From contig CAKKNE010000004.1 of NCBI GenBank assembly GCA_918797485.1, forward strand, positions 4,712,001-4,776,000: a stretch of 64,000 nucleotides of DNA, given 5' to 3'. A program made the position numbers and the translations under genes. Source of the stretch: Pelagomonas calceolata. Lineage: Eukaryota. Each line of letters begins with the position of its first letter. The first letter of the stretch is position 1. Shown here piece after piece: positions 20,953 to 32,120 of the stretch. The notes below the pieces were generated by a model that was not told the origin of the DNA, ran no database searches, and saw nothing but the letters and a program-made list of their open reading frames with translations.

Positions 20953-21322
20953 CTTGTTCTACTACTGCTCCTATTGTCATGCGACGGTGCTAGGAGCCGG
21001 GGTCAGACACCGCGCGAGTGCTCGACTCGTATTGTTGTTACGGTGCTGGGACTAGGGACTAGTGGGCGGAGCCCCTGCCCAGGGCTGGGGGGGAGTGCTC
21101 CTCAACGCGCGGCTCAACACGCGGCGCTTCGTGTAGTACAAGTCCCAGAGGACCGCTACGACGGTGGGTCCAGCCCTGTGTTGCGCGACGCGTAAAATGT
21201 TCTTCAACTATTCAAATATTACCCCCTACCGTCATGTTACGAGAGGTTTTTTTTGTCCTGCCCGATTCGCCTGCCGATTCAGAGCATCAAAAAAGTCCAA
21301 CGCAGCGACGCGGCGACGCGGC

Positions 21323-22933
21323 ATGGCCGCGGCCGTGGGGGCTGCCTCCCTGGATGGCGTCGTGCACGCGGACGCCGTCGTCGTGCCGCGTAGGCTGCCC
21401 CTGCAAGGAGGCTCAGAGCCAGAGATCCTGGAGGGCATCTGCGGTTCGTCGGCCGGCGCGGAGGCCGTGCGCGCGGACGCCGGCGAGGCCGGCGAGGTCC
21501 CGGGGCTGCCCCGACGTCCCGAGCTCGGCTGCGCCGGCGGTATCGACGGCGTGGCCGTGGACGCGGACGCCGGCGAGCTGGCCGCGGGCCCGTTTCCCGT
21601 GACGCCCGACGCGTCGAGCGCGTCGAGCTGGTCGACCTCGTCGCTCTCGTCCCTGTCGTCGACCGACGAGGTGCCCGTGGCCGACGCCGTCATCCCGCGG
21701 CTGACGCTGGCAAGTGTCGCCGAAACCAAAACTTTTAGGGTCGACGTGGGACGGGAGCCGCTGCTCGTGGAGTTCGAGATCAACGGCACGCGCGCGCTGG
21801 CCGTCGGGCCGACGTCGCCGCTCGCGGGTATTGTAAGGGCGGGCGACGTTTTGGTAGGAGTCAACGGGCGCGCCGTGAGCGGCGCGTCGCTCATGAAGGT
21901 CTTATATGTGGAATATAGGAGGAGACGTAGGAGGCGCCTCGAGTGGCGCCGCGCCGCGCCGCGCGGCCGCTATGCGGTGGATGCGCCGCCCGGGTCGCTA
22001 GGTCTCACGCTCGGCTGGGCGAACACGGATTTCGCGTCCGTCGTCGCCGTCTCACAAAAATCGCGGCTGTACGGCGTCGTCTGCGTGGGCGACGCGCTCC
22101 AGGGTGTGGATGGAGTCGAGTTCTCTTCCTTAGATAATTTGCTCGCGACGCTCGAGTACAAGGCGGCCTCGACGAAGCGGCTGACCTTTGCCCGAGGCGA
22201 CCGCGAGCCGCCGCCCCCCAGGCCGCACGCCGTCGAGAAGGTCTACGAGACCGTGGATGTGGTCGTTTCATCAAAAACGTTGAGCAGAGTCAAGCTCGAC
22301 GAAGTTAAGAGGATAGGAGGCTTCGCCGTCGTCGCGAAGGCGCCCAAGTCCGGGGGCATTTGCGAAGGCGACGTCGTTGTGGCCGCCCTCGACTCTGATG
22401 AAGAGCCCATCGACGTTTCGTCGACGCACGTGATCCATCGGTTAAGGGCCGCTGCTCGCAAAGCGCCCTTCGTCGGCAAGACGGCCGAGCGCGCGCCCAT
22501 CACGGTTACGGTGAGACGCCCCGGCGCCTACGCCATCGCCGCGCCGCCGGGCCGCCTCGGCCTCACGTTCAATTTCGTGCCCCTGAAGGCCCGGCCGTCG
22601 GTGGCCATCCGCGTCCAGGGCTTCCGCGACGTTTTTACCAATGCGCAGGATAAGTCTGTGAGGGACCCCTACACGCGCATCGACTGCGTCGTCGAGACCG
22701 TCGCGCCGACGTCGCCGCTGCGCGGCTTGGTCAACGCGGGCGACGTGCCTTGGAGTGTGAACGGCGAGCCCGTCTCGTACGAAGCGATCCGCGCCGTCCT
22801 CGAGAGCGCGGACGACGGCCGGTCGCCGCGGACGCTGGTGTTCCGCGAGCCGCGCGAGCGCATGTACGAGGCGCCGCGCGACGACGAGCGCGGCCTGCCG
22901 CTCGCGCGCGCGGCCGTCGTCGCAGCACACTGA
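21323..22933 (+). CDS. Protein with several degenerate PDZ-like domains
   Basis: Repeated APPG.LGL..V.P.SPL.G.V..GD.L..VNG patterns. Start placed at MAAAVGAA and is uncertain. Confidence 0.65.
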   Translation: MAAAVGAASLDGVVHADAVVVPRRLPLQGGSEPEILEGICGSSAGAEAVRADAGEAGEVPGLPRRPELGCAGGIDGVAVDADAGELAAGPFPVTPDASSASSWSTSSLSSLSSTDEVPVADAVIPRLTLASVAETKTFRVDVGREPLLVEFEINGTRALAVGPTSPLAGIVRAGDVLVGVNGRAVSGASLMKVLYVEYRRRRRRRLEWRRAAPRGRYAVDAPPGSLGLTLGWANTDFASVVAVSQKSRLYGVVCVGDALQGVDGVEFSSLDNLLATLEYKAASTKRLTFARGDREPPPPRPHAVEKVYETVDVVVSSKTLSRVKLDEVKRIGGFAVVAKAPKSGGICEGDVVVAALDSDEEPIDVSSTHVIHRLRAAARKAPFVGKTAERAPITVTVRRPGAYAIAAPPGRLGLTFNFVPLKARPSVAIRVQGFRDVFTNAQDKSVRDPYTRIDCVVETVAPTSPLRGLVNAGDVPWSVNGEPVSYEAIRAVLESADDGRSPRTLVFREPRERMYEAPRDDERGLPLARAAVVAAH

Positions 22934-22942
22934 ATTCATACT

Positions 22943-23251
22943 CATAGTCCCCCCCCCGCAAGTCAAGCAGAAAAGTCCCCGGCTCGGCGTGAACATATGG
23001 CGTGTGACATAGAACGTGTTCATAGACTAAGGAGAAGCCTTTTTGTTTTTCGTCGCACCTTCCCACGAGCCCCCAGGACTCCGGCATACTAGTATCATGA
23101 TACTGTCCGTGAGCCTATACGCCATCGACGCGACCCAGCTTCACTACCGCTGGCTTTATTGTCACGATGGGCCCACGCGCGGCCGGTATTCGTCATGAAT
23201 GTCCGAGTCGACACGATTATGGAATTCTTGATTATGCGAGGGGATTCTATG
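22943..23251. mobile_element. MITE-like element
   Basis: Imperfect TIR CATAG..CCCC.CGCA..TCAAG at both ends, flanked by TACT/TACT. Contains CGCCATCGACGCGAC and the palindrome AGTATCATGATACT. Confidence 0.55.
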
Positions 23252-23253
23252 TA

Positions 23254-24270
23254 CTACGCGCGCGGCCCGCCGGCGGCGTCGAACCACGCGTCGCTCCGCA
23301 GCAGCCGCCCGCGGTGCGACGCGGCGCGGCCCGGTCGGACCCGATCGGGTCTAAGCGCCTCGTCGAGGAGGGCCCGGGCTTCGTCCCGACGCTCGGTCCA
23401 GTCCAATGCGACGCAGCAGCTCGCGACGTCGACGGCCGCCTGCTGCCACTCGCTCAGCGTCACTGTTCGGTCGACGGAACGCGCGAGCACGAGGAGCCGG
23501 TCCGCCGCCGACACCAGGCGGACGAGGTCGCCGCGCGCCGTCGCCGCGCCCTGGAGTCCCTTGAGGAGGAGCGCGCCGGCCCGCAGCGACGGGTGCGCCC
23601 GCGGCGAGGCGGCGAGGGGCGCGGCGACGGGCTTCTGGGACAGCGAGACGAGGGCGCGCCGGCCCTCGCCGTCCACCAGGACCGCGGCCCGGCCCCGGTC
23701 TGCGACGGCGCCGACGCCGACGCGGCCTTGGGAGGCCGCTCGTGAGACCTCGTCGACGACCGCCAAAACAGCGGGGGCGCTCCCAGCGTCGCGCGCGACG
23801 ACGGCGTCGACGAGGAAGGGCTCGTCCGGAGTGCATTCCGCGTCGACGCGCCAATCCCCTAAAGTTGCGGCGACCGCGGCGGCGACGCGCCCCGCCTCTC
23901 CCTCATAATTGTTGCCGCCGTCGCCCAGCGCGCTCGTGAGGCTTAATCGCGCCGCGGCTAATTTGGAGAGGTCGTCGACGCACGCCTTGGCGAAAGCCGG
24001 CGCGACCGTGTTTTCCTCCTCGGCGATCGACGCCGCGACGTCGAAGAGCGACGACCGCGCGCTCACGAGGTCCACGAAGTTGCCGCGCGCCGTCGAGGCG
24101 CGCCGCGCGCGCGCGCGCCGGAGCGCGTCGGACGTTTGTTTGGACTGCGTCGCCTGGAGCGCCTGGACCGCGGTGACGCGCAGCGCGCTCAGTATTAACA
24201 GGAGCTGGACGGCCGCGCCCAGGTAAACGTAGGACATGACTCTCGCACTTCTCGCGAAGGAGGCGGCCAT
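23254..24270 (-). CDS. Hypothetical protein with an N-terminal hydrophobic segment
   Basis: Long GC-rich ORF from MAASFARS. No recognisable domain. Confidence 0.55.
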   Translation of the reverse strand: MAASFARSARVMSYVYLGAAVQLLLILSALRVTAVQALQATQSKQTSDALRRARARRASTARGNFVDLVSARSSLFDVAASIAEEENTVAPAFAKACVDDLSKLAAARLSLTSALGDGGNNYEGEAGRVAAAVAATLGDWRVDAECTPDEPFLVDAVVARDAGSAPAVLAVVDEVSRAASQGRVGVGAVADRGRAAVLVDGEGRRALVSLSQKPVAAPLAASPRAHPSLRAGALLLKGLQGAATARGDLVRLVSAADRLLVLARSVDRTVTLSEWQQAAVDVASCCVALDWTERRDEARALLDEALRPDRVRPGRAASHRGRLLRSDAWFDAAGGPRA

Positions 24271-24302
24271 TGTTTTTTGTTGTTCGTTGGCGTATATCCT
24301 GG

Positions 24303-24383
24303 TTCCGCTGTTCGAGGACGTATAGCTTGGCTTCGCTGTTCGACCGCGTAGCTTGGTTTCGCTGTTCGACGGCGTACAGCTTG
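24303..24383. repeat. Three-copy degenerate tandem repeat of about 27 bp
   Basis: CGCTGTTCGA..CGTA..AGCTTG starting at 24306, 24334 and 24360. Confidence 0.7.
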
Positions 24384-25161
24384 TGTATGGTTTGAAAGGG
24401 TTGTCAGCAGCCTTTTTTGCGGCGTTTTCGACGGCGTCTTCGCCTCTCGGTTGCTGCGGACTGCGATTGGGTTGTTGCGGTACTTTCGAATGAGTTTCGT
24501 TGCTGTGGCTTGCGTCTGGCGGCCGGCGCGCGGAGCCAACGAGGCCGGCAGAGCACGGCCCGAGCACGAGCCCATCGATGACAGGATTTGGGATCGTACT
24601 CCTCGCAGCGCTTCCGATGCATGCGACGCCCCCCTCCCTCCTACGTACGTCTGCAAGTGCCCTCGGCGTCAGAGTAACCGCGCGGCTCGCGTCGGCTCGC
24701 GTCGTCCCGCGGCGGTAGCAGCCACGACGATGACGGGTATGAACACGAGGAACGGGACTTCGGAGCCGGCTTCGAGTGCCACTTAGCGGTGGTGCGGGCT
24801 ATTCTCGTGGAGTTGTCGCCTGGACGTTGCGACGGCGCGCCGCGCGGGCTGGAGGTATACTCAAGATATTGGGACTGCACGACGACATGCGGGACCTTTG
24901 CTCTCGGCCTTGGCACGAGTCCAGGAGACGCGCGGGGCCCGTTTGGCACGCTCCACAAATTGGCTCTCCGCGCCGCCGTGGCCGGTCGCATTTTGCCGTC
25001 ACACAAACGCATAAAACCGCGTCTTTTCAGGCTAAGAGAAGCGCCAGTGCACAGCACGCAGCCATGCGCCACAATTCAGATTACGAACGAACGAGCAGCG
25101 CTGCTACAGAGACCAAAAGCTGCTGCATCCAATTTTGCATGGCCCTGCGCAGGTCGATACG

Positions 25162-26653
25162 ATGCGACAGACGGTGTTAGCGCTGGCCATCTGCGGCGCT
25201 GCGACGGCGCTGCAGCCGGCGCGGCCGCAGCGGCGGCAATCGCTCGCCGTAAGGCAGGCACCCGCGCGGCGTCCGCGAACGCGCCGCCGCCCACTTCAAA
25301 AGCTGCGCTTGCTCAATGGCGTGAGGGTGGAGATACGCAAACGGCCGAAGCCGCAGCTGCAACGGAGCGACACGAGAGGCCGACGCCATCGCCGCAAAAA
25401 AAAATCGACATACGACGCAGGGCGGCGACGCCTACGGCGCGTCCGGCACGTCGTTCTACACGACGACCGAGAAGCAGGACTCCTACGACTCGCTCGACAA
25501 GGTGCTCGACGCCAAGTGCAAGGACGCGGGCGTGCGCAAGGTCATCGTGGAGATGCTCGACGCCTGTGGCGAGATCACCGAGGCGCTGCGGTCCGCGCTG
25601 GTCACGGTGGAGGGCTCGGCGAACACGTTCGGCGACGCCCAGCTCTCCGTCGACGTCATCGCGGACGAGATCATGTGGGAGGTGGCCAAGGGCAGCGAGG
25701 TCGTGGCCTACGGCGCCTCAGAAGAGGAGCCCGAGATCGTCAAGTGCAACCCCAAGGGCGAGTACACGATCTGCTGGGACCCGCTCGACGGGTCGTCGAT
25801 CGTCGACAACAACTGGGCCGTCGGCACGATCATCGGCGTGTTTGTGCGCGGCGTCCTTTTGTCATGCGGTGCGTTGCGACGCCCTGCCGGCGCCTTGCCC
25901 CACCGCTCGCGCCCTCGACGCCATCGACGCGACGCGTCGAGCTGGTCCCGGAAGCCACCGAGACGCCATCGACTCGACGAAGCGGAGGTAAACTCTCGAA
26001 ACCAAAAAAACGCGCGCAGGTGGGGCTCGAAGTCCGGCAAGGGCGACGACGGCCTCCTGGGCGCCACGGGCCGCGACCAGGTCACGTCCTTGGTGGCTTT
26101 GTACGGCCCGCGCACGACGGTAGCGGTAGCACTGGACGACGGCGTCTACGAGTTCTCGTACGGCTGCACGCCCGAGGGCTGCATGCTCGAGGACGGCACC
26201 TACGAGCCCTGGATCTGCTCGCGGGCGAAGATCGAGGTCGCCAAGGACTGCCGCATCTTCTCGCCGGCCAACTTGCGCGCGGCCAAAGAAGTGGCGGGCT
26301 ACAAGCGCCTCGTGGAGCACTACATGGACGACAAGTACACGCTGCGATACTCGGGCGGCCTCGTGCCGGACATCTACCAGCAGTTCACCAAAAATCAAGG
26401 CGTCTTCGCGAACCCCACCTCGGACTCGTCGCCGGCCAAGCTTAGGTTGGCCTTCGAGGCCGCGCCCTTCGGCCTGCTCGTCGAGAAGGCGGGCGGCAAG
26501 ACGAGTGATGGGGTGACGGGCGGCTCGATCCTCGACGTGGAGATCACGGCCGTCGACCAGCGCACGGCGCTCTGCATCGGCTCGGCGAACGAGGTCGACC
26601 GCTTCAACGAGTACCTCGAGTGCGACGACGACGGCTGCAACACGTCGAAGTAG
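25162..26653 (+). CDS. SBP: Sedoheptulose-1,7-bisphosphatase, plastid-targeted; exons 25162-25248, 25421-25839, 26020-26653
   Basis: NTFGDAQLSVD, WDPLDGSSIVDNNWAVGTI, GATGRDQV, YGPRTT, YTLRYSGGLVPD, KLRLAFEAAP. Two GT-AG introns give 1140 nt in frame. Presequence ATAL. Confidence 0.9.
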
Positions 26654-26970
26654 GCGTTTTGCTTGTAAGTGGCTTTACTTATCTTCTAGTGTCGCGGTGG
26701 CGGCGTTCTACAGCTCGCGGCGACGGCTTGACGGTAGAGTAGTCGTCTTCACTGTCCGTCCCGGCCGCGGGCGCGCGGGCGCGTTTGGCACGCCACGGCG
26801 GGGCCGGAGGGGTCGTGTTCACTACGACGCCGTACAGAACAGCGCGGGAGCCTTGCAACGACGTCTCGCCCCGCCGACGGGGGGCTCACGTTAGATTTGA
26901 GCGCGTGCCCGAGAGTGGCTTATTGTCCTCGTCACACCGAGATAGCCGTAACCGGTTGGCCAATTTTACC

Positions 26971-27511
26971 ATGCAGCGCATCGTCGTAGCTCTGTGCCTC
27001 TCGGCAGCTGCGGCTCTTGTGCCGAACAGTGCGGCCGCGCGGTCAGCAGCCAGCAATGCCAAAGCGCCCCTTAAGGTCGGTTTGCGGCGTCCGAAGCGCG
27101 AATACGGATCCATGGCCGGGAAAGAGGAGCTCTGCACGACGCTGTCGCAGCACTGGCTGCACGCTTCACGGTTTGTTCAAAAAGAATGAATCCATTCGTC
27201 CGTCGAGACGGCCGCCGCCGCGACCAACACACCCACACTCAAAAACGCGCCGCCGCCGCGACCAGAAAACACACAGGCCGCGACCCTCGAGCGCGTGGCG
27301 CCGACGGCGCCCATCTTCTCCGACGTCTGCAGCGAGACGGGCGTCACCCTGAGCCGGTTCATGATCGAGACGGCGCTCGCGAACCCCGAGCTCTCGGAGC
27401 TCGAGTCCATCTTCTCGTCCATCGAGACGGCGTCGAAGACCATCTCGAATTTGGTGAGAAGAAGTTCGTTGACGGGCCTGACCGGCTACCTGGACTCGGG
27501 GAACATCAACA

Positions 27512-27542
<31 letters not shown>

Positions 27543-28533
27543 CATCACGAACGACGTGCTCAAGAACGCCCTGCGCTACACGGGCCGCATGGGCGTCCTC
27601 GCCTCGGAAGAGGAGGACGCGCCCGTCGAGGTCGACGATGATATTGAGGAGAAGTACCAGAAGGAGGTGCTCGTCGAGAAGACGCGAGGTGAGTTTGCTG
27701 CCACTTTAGAAACGCGTATGTGCTTGTGTTGTTGCGCGCGCGTGCCTTCGCCCTGTGGAACTGCACGCGTCGATGGCGTCGGGGCAAGACACAAACCCAA
27801 CACAGGCAAGTACGTCGCCGTCTTCGACCCCCTCGACGGCTCGTCCAACGTCGACGCGGGCATCCCGACGGGCACGATCTTCGGCATCTTCGAGGACAAG
27901 CAGGACGAGTGCGACCTCACGGCCGACGATTTGGACACCTGCTTGGAGACGACGCTCCAGCCGGGCAACTCGCTCGTCGCGTCGGGCTACGTGCTCTACT
28001 CTTCGGCCACCCACCTCTTCATGACGCTGGGGGCCGGCACCTACGGCTTCACCTACGACGAGCACATCGGGGAATTTGTCCTCACGCACCCGTGCGTCGA
28101 GATCCCGAAGCGCGGCAAGATCTACTCGTGCAACGAGGCGAACCGCCCCTACTGGGACAAGCCGCTCCAGGACTACTTTGAAGGGTTGAGCACGGGCACG
28201 GGCGAAAGCAAAACGCAGTACACGAGCCGCTACATCGGCTCGATGGTCGGCGACGTCCACCGCACGCTCCTCTACGGCGGCGTCTTCGGCTACCCCGCCG
28301 ACGCCAAGAACAAGAACGGCAAGCTCCGGCTGCTCTACGAGGCCGCGCCGATGGCGTTCCTCGTGGAGCAGGCCGGCGGCGCCGCCACGACGGGCCGCGG
28401 CCGCATCATGGACATCGAGCCGACGAACGTCCACCAGCGCGTCCCGTGCATGCTTGGCTCCGTCGACGACGTCAACGAGCTCCTCGGGCACTACTCGAAG
28501 ACGTCGCCGGCCGAGGACATCTACCAGCCCTAG
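26971..28533 (+). CDS. FBP: Plastid fructose-1,6-bisphosphatase; exons 26971-27075, 27277-27688, 27806-28533
   Basis: GEEQKKLDV, FDPLDGSSNVDAGIPTGTIFGI, a Cys-containing regulatory loop, RYIGSMVGDVHRTLLYGG, GKLRLLYE. Spliced length 1245 nt in frame. Confidence 0.93.
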
Positions 28534-29016
28534 GTAGAGTTGCTTTGGTTGTATAAACGTGGTCTCTTCGTTCTTGTCTTGCCTCTACGCCGCGTGCGCC
28601 GCGCAGAATTACGTGTGCTGTCTTTACTTCGCCGATCCGACCCTACCCCTGCGTCCGTTCCGGGGCCGCGCGGTCGGGGCGGCAGCCCCGGCGCCGCTGC
28701 TCGCCCAGTGAACCGTGCTTGCGCGGCTTGCGGCGTCCACAGCGGTCTCCTGGCGGTTGTTTGCGAGGGCCAATTAGGTTGGTCGTTGATGGGCACACGC
28801 CCATCGACATCACTGAGCATCTATTATTGGCTGCTTTTACAGCTTCCTTGTTTGTGTAGGCGCGTCAATCAGCGTATAATTTAGATCTTACTGCAGTCGG
28901 TGCTCGATTTTAACCGTTTTCGCTGCTTGCGCGCGCTGCAGGATCGCGCATTGGCTCAGCCATACTCGGCACACAAGATCCTAATTTGCCTCCCGCGCGC
29001 AGAAAAAAAACAAAAC

Positions 29017-29900
29017 ATGCAGCGAATCATCGCCGCCCTCGCCCTCAGCGGCGCCAGCGCGTTCGTGGCGCCGGTCGCGAAGACCTCCGCCGTCGCACGC
29101 GCGAGCGACGCGACGGAAACTGCCGCGCCGGCCAAGACGGGGTTCACCTACGCGGACTTGAAGGCTCGTTTGCGGCGTCTGTTCCACTGTCGGCCTTCAC
29201 GCCGTCGACGCGCCGCCGTCGCGACAGATTGCGAGACCAAAAACACGCGCAGGCGCTCGCCAAGGAGCAGAACCCGATCGTGGGCTACTTCGACCCGCTC
29301 GAGCTCGGCGACAAGGACTTCTGGGAGCAGGGCAACGAGGCGACCATCGGCTTCCTGCGCGAGGCCGAGATCAAGCACGGCCGCGTCGCCATGGCCGGCT
29401 TCGTCGGCTACCTCGTCCACGCCAAGGGCATCACGTGGGGCTTCCCCATGACGATGCAGGGCGACAAGTGGCCCGAGCTCGGCGACGGAGGCGTGGCGGC
29501 GCTCTGGGACAACCTCAAGGCCGGCGGCAAGTGGCAGATCATCGGCTTCGTCGGCTGCCTCGAGTTCTGGCGCGAGCTCCAGACCTACGAGACGGCGGGC
29601 AAGCGCGACGCGCACTACATGCGCGGCGGCCTGCCGGGCAAGTACCCCGACTTCGAGGGCCCGCTCCCGAACCTCTACTGGGGCCTCGGCGCCGGCAAGA
29701 AGACGCCCGAGCAGCTCGCCAAGGGCCGCAACGCCGAGATCAACAACGGCCGGCTCGCGATGCTCGGCCTCTTCGGCTTCTTCGCCGAGTCCAAGGCGCC
29801 GGGCTCCGTGCCCTTCCTCACGCAGTTCGACTTCCCGGCGTACGGCGGCGACTTCATGCAGCCCTTCGAGGGCAACTTCGAGCTGTTCGGCGGCAACTAG
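29017..29900 (+). CDS. Light-harvesting complex (fucoxanthin-chlorophyll a/c-binding) protein; GC-AG intron 29164-29252
   Basis: ASAF presequence, GYFDPL, EIKHGRVAM, EINNGRLAM. Spliced length 795 nt. Confidence 0.92.
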
Positions 29901-30179
29901 GCGGCGTCGGTCGGCCGCCCCCACGACGAAGATTGTGTACGCTAAGTACGTCTAGAGTTGACCATTCTTCCCGGGTCGCCTTGCGCGCGCACCGAGGGTC
30001 GCGGCGATGGCGTGTAGGGCGCCGCCGGCCGCGCGATCGTCCGGCGGGCGAGCCAGGCATGCCGGAGAGTCACGTTAGTGGAGTTACACACGTGCACCTA
30101 CTACCGGCGAGCATTGTGCTCGTCGTGCCGGCGGGGCACCGCGCAAGCTTGTTCTTCTTGGTTCTTGGAGCGACCGCGC

Positions 30180-30815
30180 TTAGTTGTGCGTGATCGGGTA
30201 GAAGAAGTGGTGGTCGCACGAGTCGACGCACGAGTGGCACATGGCGCCGAACGTGCCGAGCATGGCCGCGCGGCCGTTCTGGAGCTCGCACGTGAGGGCG
30301 CGGTTGCGCGCCGTGACGTCCTCGATCTGCGTCGTGAACGGGTAGCCGCCGGGGATGGTGCCGACGGAGCCGTCGTAGCCGCCCGGGAGGTTCTGCGGGC
30401 CGCCCGTGTACTGGGCCGCGGGCATGGCGCCGATCTCGGCGAAGCCGGCGAACGCGACGATCTGGAAGAGGCCGAACGTCGGGATGTTGGCGACCGCCGG
30501 GAAGCCCATGCCGTCCTTGAGGATGTCCGAGAACTGCACCGAGCCATCGAGGTTGATGGAGCCCGGGAAGGTGATGCCCAGCTCCTGGACCATCATGCCG
30601 AGGAACGCCATCATGGAGATGCGGCCGTGCTTGATCTCGACGGCGCGGCGGCGGGCGAGGCCCTCCTGGTCATCCCAGAACGGGCCGGAGGGGTCGATCG
30701 GCCCGGGGTCGACGCCGATGTCGCCCTTGACGACGACCTTGGAGGCGGCCTGCTGGCCGGGGGCCACGAAGGCGACGGCCGGGGCGGCGAGGAGGGCGAG
30801 AGCGAGCTTGGCCAT
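30180..30815 (-). CDS. LHC protein, copy 1 of 3
   Basis: AVAF presequence, EIKHGRISM, ELQNGRAAM. Confidence 0.93.
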   Translation of the reverse strand: MAKLALALLAAPAVAFVAPGQQAASKVVVKGDIGVDPGPIDPSGPFWDDQEGLARRRAVEIKHGRISMMAFLGMMVQELGITFPGSINLDGSVQFSDILKDGMGFPAVANIPTFGLFQIVAFAGFAEIGAMPAAQYTGGPQNLPGGYDGSVGTIPGGYPFTTQIEDVTARNRALTCELQNGRAAMLGTFGAMCHSCVDSCDHHFFYPITHN

Positions 30816-31484
30816 TTTAGATTGTGTGTCTGCGAGGGCGCGAGGGTGAGGCGCGGCGGGGGACGGCGCGTGGCGGGGCTAGCGGCATGGCGCGTGCCGG
30901 AACGTGTGGATCCGGTTTTGGGAGAGTTGCAGCGTTCGCCCGCGCCGCGGCGAATTTGCGCCGGGCAAGCTGCGCAACTTCGAGCGCAGACAATTTGGCG
31001 CCCGCAGCGTTGGCCGCGCTGCTCGAAACAGCGTATGCGTGTAGTTTGGACGCGGTAAATTGCGATGCTTGAGGCTGGGAGTCGGGCCCAGGATCTAGAG
31101 GCAAATCGTCTTGCGCAGCCTTTCGAGCCCGTATTGACGCCGTGCAGGCGCTTCCGGGACCCCTAGACGCCTCGCGCTGCTTTCTGAAAATCGCGCGGGT
31201 CGCATTTTCGAGCCTGCCGATCCAACAAAAACAAAGTAGCACCCAGCGTCGCATACCGCCGCGCGCAGCAAAATCTGCTGCGCATCGCGCCAAGCACACC
31301 CATACTCGCCGCTACGCACGAATCCGCGCGCGCGGGGGGCCGTGCGCCTGTTGCAAGCCATATCCAGCTTGCATCGCCCGCAAAAAAGCGGCGGGCGCGG
31401 CCGCGCACTCGCTCGCGCGCTGCGAAGAGACTCCAACAACCCACGCGCGGTGCGCCAACTTTTTTCCCTCCGCAGACAATCAAA

Positions 31485-32120
31485 ATGGCCAAGCTCGCTC
31501 TCGCCCTCCTCGCCGCCCCGGCCGTCGCCTTCGTGGCCCCCGGCCAGCAGGCCGCCTCCAAGGTCGTCGTCAAGGGCGACATCGGCGTCGACCCCGGGCC
31601 GATCGACCCCTCCGGCCCGTTCTGGGAGGACCAGGAGGGCCTCGCCCGCCGCCGCGCCGTCGAGATCAAGCACGGCCGCATCTCCATGATGGCGTTCCTC
31701 GGCATGATGGTCCAGGAGCTGGGCATCACCTTCCCGGGCTCCATCAACCTCGATGGCTCGGTGCAGTTCTCGGACATCCTCAAGGACGGCATGGGCTTCC
31801 CGGCGGTCGCCAACATCCCGACGTTCGGCCTCTTCCAGATCGTCGCGTTCGCCGGCTTCGCCGAGATCGGCGCCATGCCCGCGGCCCAGTACACGGGCGG
31901 CCCGCAGAACCTCCCGGGCGGCTACGACGGCTCGGTCGGCACCATCCCCGGCGGCTACCCGTTCACGACGCAGATCGAGGACGTCACGGCGCGCAACCGC
32001 GCCCTCACGTGCGAGCTCCAGAACGGCCGCGCGGCCATGCTCGGCACGTTCGGCGCCATGTGCCACTCGTGCGTCGACTCGTGCGACCACCACTTCTTCT
32101 ACCCGATCACGCACAACTAA
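31485..32120 (+). CDS. LHC protein, copy 2 of 3
   Basis: Near-identical to 30180-30815, in inverted orientation. Confidence 0.93.
   Translation: MAKLALALLAAPAVAFVAPGQQAASKVVVKGDIGVDPGPIDPSGPFWEDQEGLARRRAVEIKHGRISMMAFLGMMVQELGITFPGSINLDGSVQFSDILKDGMGFPAVANIPTFGLFQIVAFAGFAEIGAMPAAQYTGGPQNLPGGYDGSVGTIPGGYPFTTQIEDVTARNRALTCELQNGRAAMLGTFGAMCHSCVDSCDHHFFYPITHN

Noticed and set aside
24303..24383. Possible CRISPR-like array
   Set aside because: Only three degenerate units, no unique spacers, no cas genes, and a eukaryotic context.
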